Shown: piece by piece, positions 48,512-56,983 of the stretch
Layout: each line of letters opens with the position of its first letter
Position numbering within the stretch: the stretch's first letter is position 1
Assembly: GCA_903884235.1 (NCBI GenBank)
Contig: CAISEB010000043.1
Coordinates: 67,736 to 131,735, forward strand
Direction of reading: 5' to 3'
DNA: 64,000 nucleotides
Source of the DNA: an uncultured Pseudomonadota bacterium
GTDB lineage: Bacteria; Pseudomonadota; Gammaproteobacteria; Steroidobacterales; Steroidobacteraceae
Notes under the pieces: model-generated
The model's input: the letters and a program-made list of their open reading frames with translations, nothing else
Told to the model about the DNA's origin: nothing
Database searches by the model: none
Position numbers and translations under genes: made by a program

Positions 48512-50686
48512 TCAGGGCGAGGGACCCTCGCCGAGGTGTCGGCGGAAGAACCCGAGCAGCTTGCCGAACGCATGGCGCGTCTGCGCCAGCCCCTTCGTGT
48601 CCCAGCCGTGCGGCGCATCCGGCAGCACCACGAGATCGACGTCCCGGCCCTGCAGGATGAAGCGTTCGGCGAGCGTCATCGTGTCCTGGAAGAGCACGGT
48701 GTCGTCGCGCATGCCGTGGATGATCATCAGCGGGTCGCGCAGGTTGCCGGAGCGCAGGAACGGCGAGGCCGCCGCATAGCGCTCGGCATGGTCCGCGGGC
48801 GCCATCATCGTGCGCATCTCGCCGGTCTCGGCATGCCACAGGCTCGTGGCCGGTGCGCCGGCGACGCCGGCCCGGTAGACGCCCGGGTAGCGCAGCAGCG
48901 ACATCACGGTCAGCAGGCCGCCGTAGCTGCTGCCCCAGATGCCGATGCGCTTCTCGTCGACGGATCCGTGCTCCACGAGCCAGCGCGTCGCGCTGTACAG
49001 GTCATCGACGTCGACGCCGCCGTAGTCCTCGCGGATCCGGCGGCGGAACGCCTTGCCGTGCCCGGAGCTGCCGCTGATGTCGACGTTCATGACGACGTAG
49101 CCGGACTGCGCCAGCAGCTGGTCGAGCCCCCAGGTCGGATGGTAGACGCGACCGCCCCAGCGGTTGTGCACGGTGTTGCTGTAGGTCGAGCCGAGGATGG
49201 CCGGGTAGCGCCGCGTGGGATCGAAGCCGGGCGGCAGCGTCAGGCGGGCCTGCAGCGTCGTGCCGTCCTTCTGGTTCGGGAACGTCACGTAGCGCGCCGC
49301 GACCCACTGGTGCGTCGCGAACTCCGGCAGTGGGGAATGGGTGACCTGGCGGCTGGCACCGGGTGTGCCGACCGGGAGCAGGTACAGGTCCGGTGGCGTG
49401 ACATCGTCCGAGTGCAGGTCGGCGACCCAGCGTCCATCGGGCGATACGGTGGGCTCGTGGTAGCCGGAGCCGGGGGTCAGGGTCTGCGGCTGGCCACCGC
49501 CGAGCGGCACGCGCAGCACCAGCCGGTCCTCGGGGCGCGAGGGGTTGGCGACGACGATCAGCGAGCGCGCCGCGGCCGACACGCTGGCCGAGAACACGGC
49601 GAACTCGCCGCGCGTGATCGCGCGCGGCGCGCCGCCGGTGAGCGACACGAGGTAGACGTGGTAGTCGTTGTCGCGATCGGAGATGAAGTACACGCCCGTC
49701 CCGTCCGGCGACCAGTCCGCCCACCATTCGGCGGTGACGTTGCCGGGCTCCTGCTCGCGCACCAGGATGCGCGTCGCGAGCGAGGCGGCATCGACCGCGA
49801 CGATGCGGCGGTCCTTGATGTAGACGTCACTCTTGTCGACGAGGAGGTGGCGGCCATCGGGCGACCAGGCGACGGCGTGCACCTGGTCCTCCGGATCGGG
49901 GCCGAGGTCGAGCCAGCGCACCGGACCGTTGGCGGCGTCGGCGAGGCCGATGCGCCGTCCCTCGGCCGGTTCCCCCGGGAACGCGCGCCGCACGGCGTGC
50001 GTCGTCGTCTCGGCACCGAGGTAGTCGGGCAGCTGGCGCTCGGCGACCCGCCGCCAGTCCGTCTCGATGAATGCGAGCCGCGCGCCGTCCCGCGACCAGG
50101 TCAGCGACTCGACTTCGACGTCGGCGCTGCCAGGATCGTGGCGGCGGACCGGCACCGGCCGCGCGGCCGCGGCGTCGACGACCCACAGCGCACCGGCGGC
50201 GACGACCGCGACGAGGCTGCCGCGCGGCGCGGCGACGAGCAGCGTCGCGCCATCCACGCCCGCGATCTCCTCGGGCGGTGCGCCGGGCGCCACGCGGTAC
50301 AGCCGACCGTGATGGACGAACACGATGCGCTGGCCATCGCCGGTCCAGGCGAGCGCGGTGACGCCGGGGTCGGTCTCGGCGCGGGCGACCTCGGCAAGGC
50401 GTGCGACATCGAGGCCGGCGTCCTTGGGCGAGACCGTGCGCGGCATCGCGGTCACGCGCACCGGCTGGGCGCCGGCGACGTCGGCGAGCCACACGTCGCG
50501 GGCGTTGCCGCCGTCGTCGTTCCACAGGAACGCGATACGCCGGCTGTCCGCGGACCAGGCCGGGCTTTCTGGCGCCGTGCCCGTGAGCCAGGGCAGCGTG
50601 TACAGGCGCTCGAGCGTGAGGGGTGCCGGCGTCGCGTTCGCGGTCCCGGCGAGGAGGAGCAGGGTGGTCAGCAGGATGCGCAGCAT
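48512..50686 (-). CDS. secreted S9-family serine peptidase (prolyl oligopeptidase / dipeptidyl aminopeptidase type: beta-propeller plus alpha/beta hydrolase)
   Basis: The true start is ATG 50686, with AAGGA 7 nt upstream. The signal peptide is MLRILLTTLLLLAGTANA. The nucleophile motif is GIWGSSYGG, and the C-terminal catalytic region is DPLMIIHGMRDDTV...PDAPHGW. The upstream 306 codons of the six-frame ORF were rejected. Confidence 0.75.
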   Translation of the reverse strand: MLRILLTTLLLLAGTANATPAPLTLERLYTLPWLTGTAPESPAWSADSRRIAFLWNDDGGNARDVWLADVAGAQPVRVTAMPRTVSPKDAGLDVARLAEVARAETDPGVTALAWTGDGQRIVFVHHGRLYRVAPGAPPEEIAGVDGATLLVAAPRGSLVAVVAAGALWVVDAAAARPVPVRRHDPGSADVEVESLTWSRDGARLAFIETDWRRVAERQLPDYLGAETTTHAVRRAFPGEPAEGRRIGLADAANGPVRWLDLGPDPEDQVHAVAWSPDGRHLLVDKSDVYIKDRRIVAVDAASLATRILVREQEPGNVTAEWWADWSPDGTGVYFISDRDNDYHVYLVSLTGGAPRAITRGEFAVFSASVSAAARSLIVVANPSRPEDRLVLRVPLGGGQPQTLTPGSGYHEPTVSPDGRWVADLHSDDVTPPDLYLLPVGTPGASRQVTHSPLPEFATHQWVAARYVTFPNQKDGTTLQARLTLPPGFDPTRRYPAILGSTYSNTVHNRWGGRVYHPTWGLDQLLAQSGYVVMNVDISGSSGHGKAFRRRIREDYGGVDVDDLYSATRWLVEHGSVDEKRIGIWGSSYGGLLTVMSLLRYPGVYRAGVAGAPATSLWHAETGEMRTMMAPADHAERYAAASPFLRSGNLRDPLMIIHGMRDDTVLFQDTMTLAERFILQGRDVDLVVLPDAPHGWDTKGLAQTRHAFGKLLGFFRRHLGEGPSP

Positions 50687-50709
50687 CGGTCGTCCTTCGC
50701 GTCGGTCGT

Positions 50710-52410
50710 TCAGTGCGCGGGCGGCGGCAGGAGCGCGGGCACGTCGCCCGGATCGCCGAGCATCTCCCAGCGCTGCAGGGAGAACGGCACGTTGCCCTCG
50801 CGCCAGATCGCGTCGTGGAATCGCTGCAGCGAGAAGCTGCTGCCGCCCGCCCGTCGCGCATCGGACAGCAGGCGCACGAGCTCGGCCTTGCCGACCTGGT
50901 ACGAGATCGCCTGGCCGGGGGTGCTCGCGAACATTGCCGCTTCCTCGAGGGCGCTGGCGCGATCCATCGGCACGGTGCGCTCGAGGTAGTCGGCGGCCTC
51001 TGCGATCGTGAACTCGCCGAGCGCGAGGCGCACGTCGACCTCGACGCGCAGCGCCCTGAGGCGCATGAAGCTGTAGATCGTCTCGCGCGTGCGCACGTCG
51101 TCGTCGAAGAGTCCCGCCTGCAGCAGCATCTCCTCGGCGTAGAAGCCGATGCCCTCGTTCGGCACCGAGTCGTAGTAGTGGCGGCGCACGGGATCCGCGT
51201 GGTGCCAGCCGATCCACATCTGCAGGTAGTGCCCGGGCACGCCCTCGTGGACGAGGACCGGGCGCGGATCGTGCGCCATCGAGCGGTAGAAGAAGCCGAG
51301 GCCCGGGCCCGGTTCCGGGATGTAGCGGACGGCATCGTCCGCGAGGCGCGACGGTCCCGTCAGGTCGTCGGTCGTGCCGAAGGACTGCAGCGGTTCGAGC
51401 CACGGGGGCAGGCGCGCGGTCCGGTAGTGCGGCGCGCCCGTTGGCACCGTCAGCAACTGCTCGTGCGCCAGGAAGGTTCGCACCTCCGCCTCGCGGCGCG
51501 CCGTCGCCTGGATCTCCCCGGCGGCGCTCGAGACCCGGGTGGCGGCGGGGGCCGCGACGTCGCGCTGCTGCTGAAGGGCCTCGAACGCGACGGCCCGGGC
51601 CCACTCATCGCGGGCGAGGGCCCGCATCGCCTCGGGGGACTCCGGGACCAGCGCGACCTCGTGCAGGTACCACAGGTAGGCCTCGCGGCCGATCGCGGTG
51701 TCGGTCGGGGTACTCGCTTCGATCTCGCGCAGCCAGTCGCGGTAGTGCTCGAGGGCCGCGATCGCACCCGGCAGCGCGGCGTGCAGTGCGCGCCGGTTCG
51801 CCGGCGCGAGTCCGGGCGCGAGCGCGCGCTCGAGCTCACCGAGGCGCGCGCCGGCGCCCTCGAGGCTGCCGATCGCAAGATGCACGAAGGGTCGTCGCGC
51901 CTCGGTGAGGTTGGCGCGAGCCGCCGAGAGCAGGCCCGGGATGCGGCGCACGCGGGCGACGAGCTCGGACTGGCGCGCCTCGTCCGGCGCGCTCGGCGGC
52001 AGCAGCAGTTCGAAGAGGCTGCCGAGGGACTGCTGCACGTAGAACGACGGGTTGCGTCGCCAGGCGCGCTCGACCGAAAGTTCCCAGCGCACCCGCGCGA
52101 GGGCCGATCCCGTCAGGCGCCAGTCGACCTTGAGCGGGACCGGGGCATCGGCGGGTGGCGCGAGGCGCGCCCAGCGTCCCTCGAACGACTCGAGCGTCGC
52201 GAGGTGGCGCGCGACGCTCGGGGCGGTCCAGTCGGGTGCGAAGCCGGACGGCCGCTCGATGCGCGGCAGGTCGTCTTCCCCGAACGGCTGCTCGGTCGCG
52301 CGCCAGGCCCAGAATTCGGCATTCAGGGCCTCGACATCGTCCGCCCGCGCGATCGGCGTGCCGAGCAGCAGCAGCCAGGAGCACAGCAGCGGGCGCCAGG
52401 TCAGGGTCAC
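50710..52410 (-). CDS. DUF885-family secreted protein (putative metallopeptidase-like)
   Basis: A GTG start at 52410 is preceded by GGAGG 6 nt upstream. The signal peptide is MTLTWRPLLCSWLLLLGTPIARA. The HExxH-like motif VHEGVPGHYLQ is characteristic of DUF885. Its stop lies 24 nt upstream of the S9 peptidase start, suggesting an operon. Confidence 0.6.
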   Translation of the reverse strand: MTLTWRPLLCSWLLLLGTPIARADDVEALNAEFWAWRATEQPFGEDDLPRIERPSGFAPDWTAPSVARHLATLESFEGRWARLAPPADAPVPLKVDWRLTGSALARVRWELSVERAWRRNPSFYVQQSLGSLFELLLPPSAPDEARQSELVARVRRIPGLLSAARANLTEARRPFVHLAIGSLEGAGARLGELERALAPGLAPANRRALHAALPGAIAALEHYRDWLREIEASTPTDTAIGREAYLWYLHEVALVPESPEAMRALARDEWARAVAFEALQQQRDVAAPAATRVSSAAGEIQATARREAEVRTFLAHEQLLTVPTGAPHYRTARLPPWLEPLQSFGTTDDLTGPSRLADDAVRYIPEPGPGLGFFYRSMAHDPRPVLVHEGVPGHYLQMWIGWHHADPVRRHYYDSVPNEGIGFYAEEMLLQAGLFDDDVRTRETIYSFMRLRALRVEVDVRLALGEFTIAEAADYLERTVPMDRASALEEAAMFASTPGQAISYQVGKAELVRLLSDARRAGGSSFSLQRFHDAIWREGNVPFSLQRWEMLGDPGDVPALLPPPAH

Positions 52411-52623
52411 GGGAGCCTCCGGTGGGGCACTGGGTCGGCGCGGCGCAGTATATCGGGAAGCGCAGGCGTGGCCCGCCCGGTGGAAACTGCGGACCTCGCT
52501 GCGCGCAGCGAGTGGTGGACGCGTCCCTTCCCGTGATCAAATCGGTCCCCACAAGCCGACAAGGCACCCCGTCCGGACGATGCGGGCGACGTCGGGCGCG
52601 GCGATGAGGGGACGAGAATAAGA

Positions 52624-53361
52624 ATGAGCGGAACCGAGGCCATCGACAGTGCCGTAGCCGTGCCCGCGGCCGGGAGCTCCGATTCCGCCGCGCAGGCGCC
52701 CACCGTGCCAAGCTACCTGGAGAAGGCGTACTGGTGGGCGTACGTCCATCCGAATGCCGTGCGCACCTTCGAGCGCGACTGGCTCGTCAACCTGATCCTG
52801 TTCGGCAACTACGCGACGCTCCGCGACGCGGCGGTGGCCGATCTCGGTGACCCGGTGCGCGGCCGGACGCTGCAGGTCGCCTGCGTGTACGGCAACCTGA
52901 CCCGCCGCGTGATCGGCAAGCTGGATCGCGACGCGCAGCTCGACGTGGTCGACATCCTGCCCATCCAGCTCGCGAACCTCGCGCTCAAGCTGCCCAAGGA
53001 CCCGCGCGTCGCGCTGTTGCAGAGCGACTCCACGGCGCTCGCCTGCCCCGACGCGAGCTACGACCAGGTGCTGCTGTTCTTCCTGCTGCACGAGCAGCCG
53101 GAGGCCGTGCGCCGCGCGACGCTCGCCGAGGCGATGCGGGTGGTGCGCCCGGGCGGGCGCATCGTGATCGTCGACTACCATCCTCCCGCGAAGTACAACC
53201 CGCTCTGGTACCTGATGCGCGCCGTGTTCGCGACGCTCGAGCCGTTCGCCATCGACCTGTGGCGTCACGAGGTCGTCGAGTACCTGCCCGCGGCGCCGGC
53301 GTCCGTGGAGAAACGCAGCTACTTTGGCGGCCTCTACCAGAAGCTCGTCCTCGTGCGCTGA
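52624..53361 (+). CDS. RquA-like class I SAM-dependent methyltransferase-fold protein (candidate rhodoquinone biosynthesis enzyme)
   Basis: The 245 aa product contains SYLEKAYWWAYVHPNAVRTFERDWLVNLILFGNYATLRDAA, a modified motif-I region LQVACVYGNLT, DVVDILPIQL, VLLFFLLHEQPE and RIVIVDYHPP. These match what I recall as RquA hallmarks. The identification is from memory and should be confirmed. Confidence 0.5.
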   Translation: MSGTEAIDSAVAVPAAGSSDSAAQAPTVPSYLEKAYWWAYVHPNAVRTFERDWLVNLILFGNYATLRDAAVADLGDPVRGRTLQVACVYGNLTRRVIGKLDRDAQLDVVDILPIQLANLALKLPKDPRVALLQSDSTALACPDASYDQVLLFFLLHEQPEAVRRATLAEAMRVVRPGGRIVIVDYHPPAKYNPLWYLMRAVFATLEPFAIDLWRHEVVEYLPAAPASVEKRSYFGGLYQKLVLVR

Positions 53362-53569
53362 GGCGGGCGACCGCCCGCGATTCCCGCCTGCCCATGCGTC
53401 GGGGTGCTCGCCGAGCGGGTGCCGCGACCCCGCGCCATGGCGTTGCCACAGGCGGGCAGGGGTCGGCAAGTGACTCTTGCCGTTATAGCCGCGCGGTTCG
53501 CTCGACGGCGGCGACCTGCCTATAATCGACCCGGCAGGGCCGCCGCGCTGCGGTCCCCAGGAGGTCGAT

Positions 53570-55645
53570 GTGTCCCGCTCCCGCCTGCACTGGCTCCTCG
53601 TCGTCCTTGCGCTCGCTGCGGGGAGTCCCGCCGTCGCCGTTGCGCCGCCGACCGTGCCCGCGCGCTACGATATCGAAGTCCACGAGTCGTGGATCACGCT
53701 GCCGGACGGCGTGCGGCTGTCGGCGACCGTGTACATGCCCAAGGCGCATCGATCCGCCGAGCGCTTCGCGGCGGTGCTCGAGTACCTGCCGTATCGCAAG
53801 GACGAGTCGACCAACCACGCGCCGGTGCATGAGTACTTCGCGCGGCGCGGCTTCGTCTCGGCGCACGTCGACATCCGCGGCACCGGGCGCAGCGAGGGAC
53901 GCCTCATCGCGCGGGAGTATTCGGAGCAGGAGCAGCTCGACGCCGAGGCGGTGATCGCCTGGCTCGCGCACCAGCCCTGGTCGAACGGCAGCGTCGGCAT
54001 GTTCGGCATCTCGTGGGGTGGGTTCAATTCCCTGCAGCTGGCGATGCGCAACCCGCCGGGGCTGAAGGCGATCATCGCCATCGACGCGACCGACGCCCTG
54101 TTCCGCGAGGACGTGCACTTCATCGACGGCATGATGCATGCCGACGAGTACGAGCTGAACGTCGACATGCTGATGTCGATGAGTCGCTCGCCGGACTTCC
54201 CGACCGACGAGGCGAGCCTCGCTGCGCGCTTCGACGTACCGCCCTGGTACATCGGCTACAAGCAGCATCCGCGCAACGGGCCGTACTGGGATGCGCCGGT
54301 GCGGGGCCTCGAGCGGATCCGCATCCCCGTGTACCTCGTGGGCGGCATGCTCGATGGCTACCGCGACAGCATCCCGCGCATGGTCGCGCAGCTGAAGTCG
54401 CCGGTGCGCGCGCTGCTGGGACCCTGGAACCACAGCGAGCCGCACGACGCGGTGCCGGGGCCCGCGATCGAGTGGCGGGACCTCGCCGTCGAGTGGTGGG
54501 GCAAGTGGCTGCGGGGCGAGCGCAACGCGGCACTCGAGCGACCCGTGCTGTCGGTCTACATGAACCGCGCCTATCCGCCGGATCTGCGCCTGCGGCAGAT
54601 CCCGGGCGAATGGCGCGCCGAGGCGGGCTGGCCTCCGGCCGGGCAGCGCGCCGAGGTGCTGCACCTCGGCGCGGATCACGCCCTCGCGCCGGCGCCGGGG
54701 GCGGGCGCGGTGCACGAGCTCGCGTATCGGCCGGCGGCGACGCAGGAAGGCGGTGGACCGGACTTCTGGTTCGGTGACATCTGGGGCGACCAGCGCTCGG
54801 TCGACGCGTACAGCCTGACCTACGATGCCCCGCCGCTTGCCGCGTCGCTGCCGATCCTCGGGCGGCCACGCGTGTGCCTCGCGGCGAGCGCATCGGCCCC
54901 GACCGCGCACTGGTTCGCACGGCTGTCTGACGTCGCGCCGGACGGCACGACGACGCTGGTCGCGGCCGCGGGCCTCGCAGGAGCCCAGCGCGACTCGGAT
55001 CGCGACCCGACGCCGCTGGTGCCGGGCCGCGAGTATCCCCTGTGCCTCGAGCTGCACCTGACGTCCTGGGTATTCCCGGCCGGTCACCACCTGCGCGTGG
55101 CCGTGTCGAATTCCATGTGGCCGATGGTCTGGCCGACCCCATACCCGATGACGACCGCGGTGCGGGTCGGCGGGGACTCCGGTTCGCGCATCGAGCTGCC
55201 GGTCGTGCCGGCGGCAGGACCGCTGCCCGCGCCGACGTTCGCGAGCGTGGAGGGCGTGGCAGCCGCGACGGCAGAGGAGGAGGGGCTCAACCTCAGCTCG
55301 AACGTGCCCGGCCTCAAGTGGACCGTCAGTCGCGACCCGGCGGCGCAGACCGCGACCGTCGAGTGGCACGGCGGCAGCAGCACGGACTTCGCCTGGGGCC
55401 ACGAGGACGTGCGCGAGCTGATGCTGTTCAAGGCGGACGACCTGCATCCGGAGGCGAGCTCCGTGCACGGCGAGGCGGAAACCCTCATCCGGCTGCCCGG
55501 TCGCGAGCTGCGCTGGCTCGGCGTGCTCGACACCACCAGCGACCGGTCCAACTTCTACGTCGGTTTCCGGCGCGAGCTCTACGAGAACGGCAAGCTGCTG
55601 CGCCGGCGGGAGTGGACATCGACCGTCCCGCGCGACGGGCAGTGA
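53570..55645 (+). CDS. secreted CocE/NonD-family hydrolase (S15 Xaa-Pro dipeptidyl-peptidase-like alpha/beta hydrolase)
   Basis: A GTG start at 53570 is preceded by AGGAGG 8 nt upstream. The signal peptide is MSRSRLHWLLVVLALAAGSPAVAVA. The nucleophile elbow GISWGG and YLPYRKDE are typical of CocE/NonD family N-terminal domains. The product is 691 aa. Confidence 0.75.
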   Translation: MSRSRLHWLLVVLALAAGSPAVAVAPPTVPARYDIEVHESWITLPDGVRLSATVYMPKAHRSAERFAAVLEYLPYRKDESTNHAPVHEYFARRGFVSAHVDIRGTGRSEGRLIAREYSEQEQLDAEAVIAWLAHQPWSNGSVGMFGISWGGFNSLQLAMRNPPGLKAIIAIDATDALFREDVHFIDGMMHADEYELNVDMLMSMSRSPDFPTDEASLAARFDVPPWYIGYKQHPRNGPYWDAPVRGLERIRIPVYLVGGMLDGYRDSIPRMVAQLKSPVRALLGPWNHSEPHDAVPGPAIEWRDLAVEWWGKWLRGERNAALERPVLSVYMNRAYPPDLRLRQIPGEWRAEAGWPPAGQRAEVLHLGADHALAPAPGAGAVHELAYRPAATQEGGGPDFWFGDIWGDQRSVDAYSLTYDAPPLAASLPILGRPRVCLAASASAPTAHWFARLSDVAPDGTTTLVAAAGLAGAQRDSDRDPTPLVPGREYPLCLELHLTSWVFPAGHHLRVAVSNSMWPMVWPTPYPMTTAVRVGGDSGSRIELPVVPAAGPLPAPTFASVEGVAAATAEEEGLNLSSNVPGLKWTVSRDPAAQTATVEWHGGSSTDFAWGHEDVRELMLFKADDLHPEASSVHGEAETLIRLPGRELRWLGVLDTTSDRSNFYVGFRRELYENGKLLRRREWTSTVPRDGQ

Positions 55646-56187
55646 GCGGACAGGGCGGGCAGGCGGCGCGACGCCTCGTCCGTGGGCGGCATCTCGTTGC
55701 CCTCGCGTGCGCCGCGCTGGTCGCGATCCTGGTGCTGCGCCAGTGTCCCGGCGCCGACCTGCGCGTGCGCGTCGGGTTCGTCGGCATGCTCTACGCGCTT
55801 GCGCTTGGCGTCGCCCTCGTGCCGCGGCCGGGCGCGGCCGTGATCGGGCTCTTCGCGGCCACGGGCGGACTGCTGGATGCCGCGACCGCCCAGCTCGCGC
55901 TCCTGGTCGGACCCGGGCCACGGCTCTTCGGCGTACCGGTCGTCCTTGCCGTGTCGGCGGCCGTGGGCGCCGTGGCCTACGCGCTCGTGCTGCGCGCGAC
56001 CTGGTTCGGGTACCTCGGGGCGCGGGCGACTGCATGCCTCGCGCTGGCCTGCGCCGTCGTCGTGACGCTGGTCGGCCGCTCGACGCCACCACTCGGCGAT
56101 GGCCTCTGGCTGCTGTCCGTCGCCTGGTGGCTGATGTTCTCGTCGATCCTGTGCCATCTCGACGCGAGGGCGCACCGGGCGCGATGA
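55642..56187 (+). CDS. hypothetical small membrane protein (start uncertain)
   Basis: The ORF carries 4 hydrophobic segments. A GTG at 55642 overlaps the upstream stop (GTGA). Alternative in-frame starts are at 55732 (GTG) and 55786 (ATG). No homology is recognised. It could be a non-coding high-GC ORF. Confidence 0.3.
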   Translation: MSGQGGQAARRLVRGRHLVALACAALVAILVLRQCPGADLRVRVGFVGMLYALALGVALVPRPGAAVIGLFAATGGLLDAATAQLALLVGPGPRLFGVPVVLAVSAAVGAVAYALVLRATWFGYLGARATACLALACAVVVTLVGRSTPPLGDGLWLLSVAWWLMFSSILCHLDARAHRAR

Positions 56188-56230
56188 TGGCCGTACCGCC
56201 TGCGCGAACTCTGTCCGGGGAGCCTCGTCC

Positions 56231-56899
56231 GTGATCCACAACTTCAGCGGCCTCGACCTCGATCGCATGCCCTCGCTCGCCCGTGGCGAGGTCCGTGCCC
56301 ACCGCGTCCCGCTGGTGGTGGCGAGCGAGGCCACGCTCGCCGGCTTCGGCCGCCGCGTCGCGGACTTCGGGTCGGCCGAGGTCACGATCGTGACCTGGCC
56401 ACAGGGCGGGTGGCGGCCGATCGTCGCGGGGACCGGCAACGAGGGCGGCATCGTCGAGGACGCCTTCGAGATGGAGCGCCGGGGCGAGGTGCAGCACGCG
56501 ACGAACCGGGCGGTGGGGCGCAGCTACGTCACCGGCTGGTACGCGGACCCGGCGACCGCCCTGGAGTCACGCGAGCCGATGGACGTCTCGCGGATCTACA
56601 CGCACGAGGCCAACTACCACCCGGACGGCGGCCAGGTGTTCTTCCCGCGCGGTGGCGCTGCATTCGTCGCCCTGCTGGCGCGTCCGGGCGATGATGTCCG
56701 GCCGGAGTCGTTCGTCGCGTTCCTGTGCGACGGCTCCTTCGGCATCCACATCGATCCCGGGGTCTGGCACCAGCCCGTGTTCCCGGTGGGCGGCGCGGCC
56801 GCCTTCGACGACAAGCAGGGCCGCGTGCATGCCTGCGTCGCGGTCGATTTCGTGTCGGAGTTCGGCTGCTATCTCGAGGTCCCGCTCGCCGTCCGCTGA
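56231..56899 (+). CDS. ureidoglycolate lyase-like cupin protein (AllA-family fold)
   Basis: The N-terminal pattern VRAHRVPLVVASEATLAGFGRRVADF parallels LQVLPLSQEAFSAYGDVIE of AllA. The C-terminal GIHIDPGVWHQPVFPV parallels the VNYHRNVWHHPLF cupin motif. It is longer than AllA, at 222 aa or 210 aa from ATG 56267. Confidence 0.4.
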   Translation: MIHNFSGLDLDRMPSLARGEVRAHRVPLVVASEATLAGFGRRVADFGSAEVTIVTWPQGGWRPIVAGTGNEGGIVEDAFEMERRGEVQHATNRAVGRSYVTGWYADPATALESREPMDVSRIYTHEANYHPDGGQVFFPRGGAAFVALLARPGDDVRPESFVAFLCDGSFGIHIDPGVWHQPVFPVGGAAAFDDKQGRVHACVAVDFVSEFGCYLEVPLAVR

Positions 56900-56983
56900 C
56901 CGTCTCCCGGGCCGTGCCCGGGCTTGCTAGGATCGACCGCCCCCCGAGCACGGGGGTCCACTTCTCTCCGTCGAGGCATCACC

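Noticed and set aside
48536-52536. Plus-strand ORFs 48536..50989 (817 aa) and 50623..52536 (637 aa), and the 306-codon N-terminal extension of ORF 48512..51604
   Set aside because: They are antisense or out of frame to the S9 peptidase and DUF885 genes. The S9 gene starts at ATG 50686 with a signal peptide and AAGGA Shine-Dalgarno sequence.
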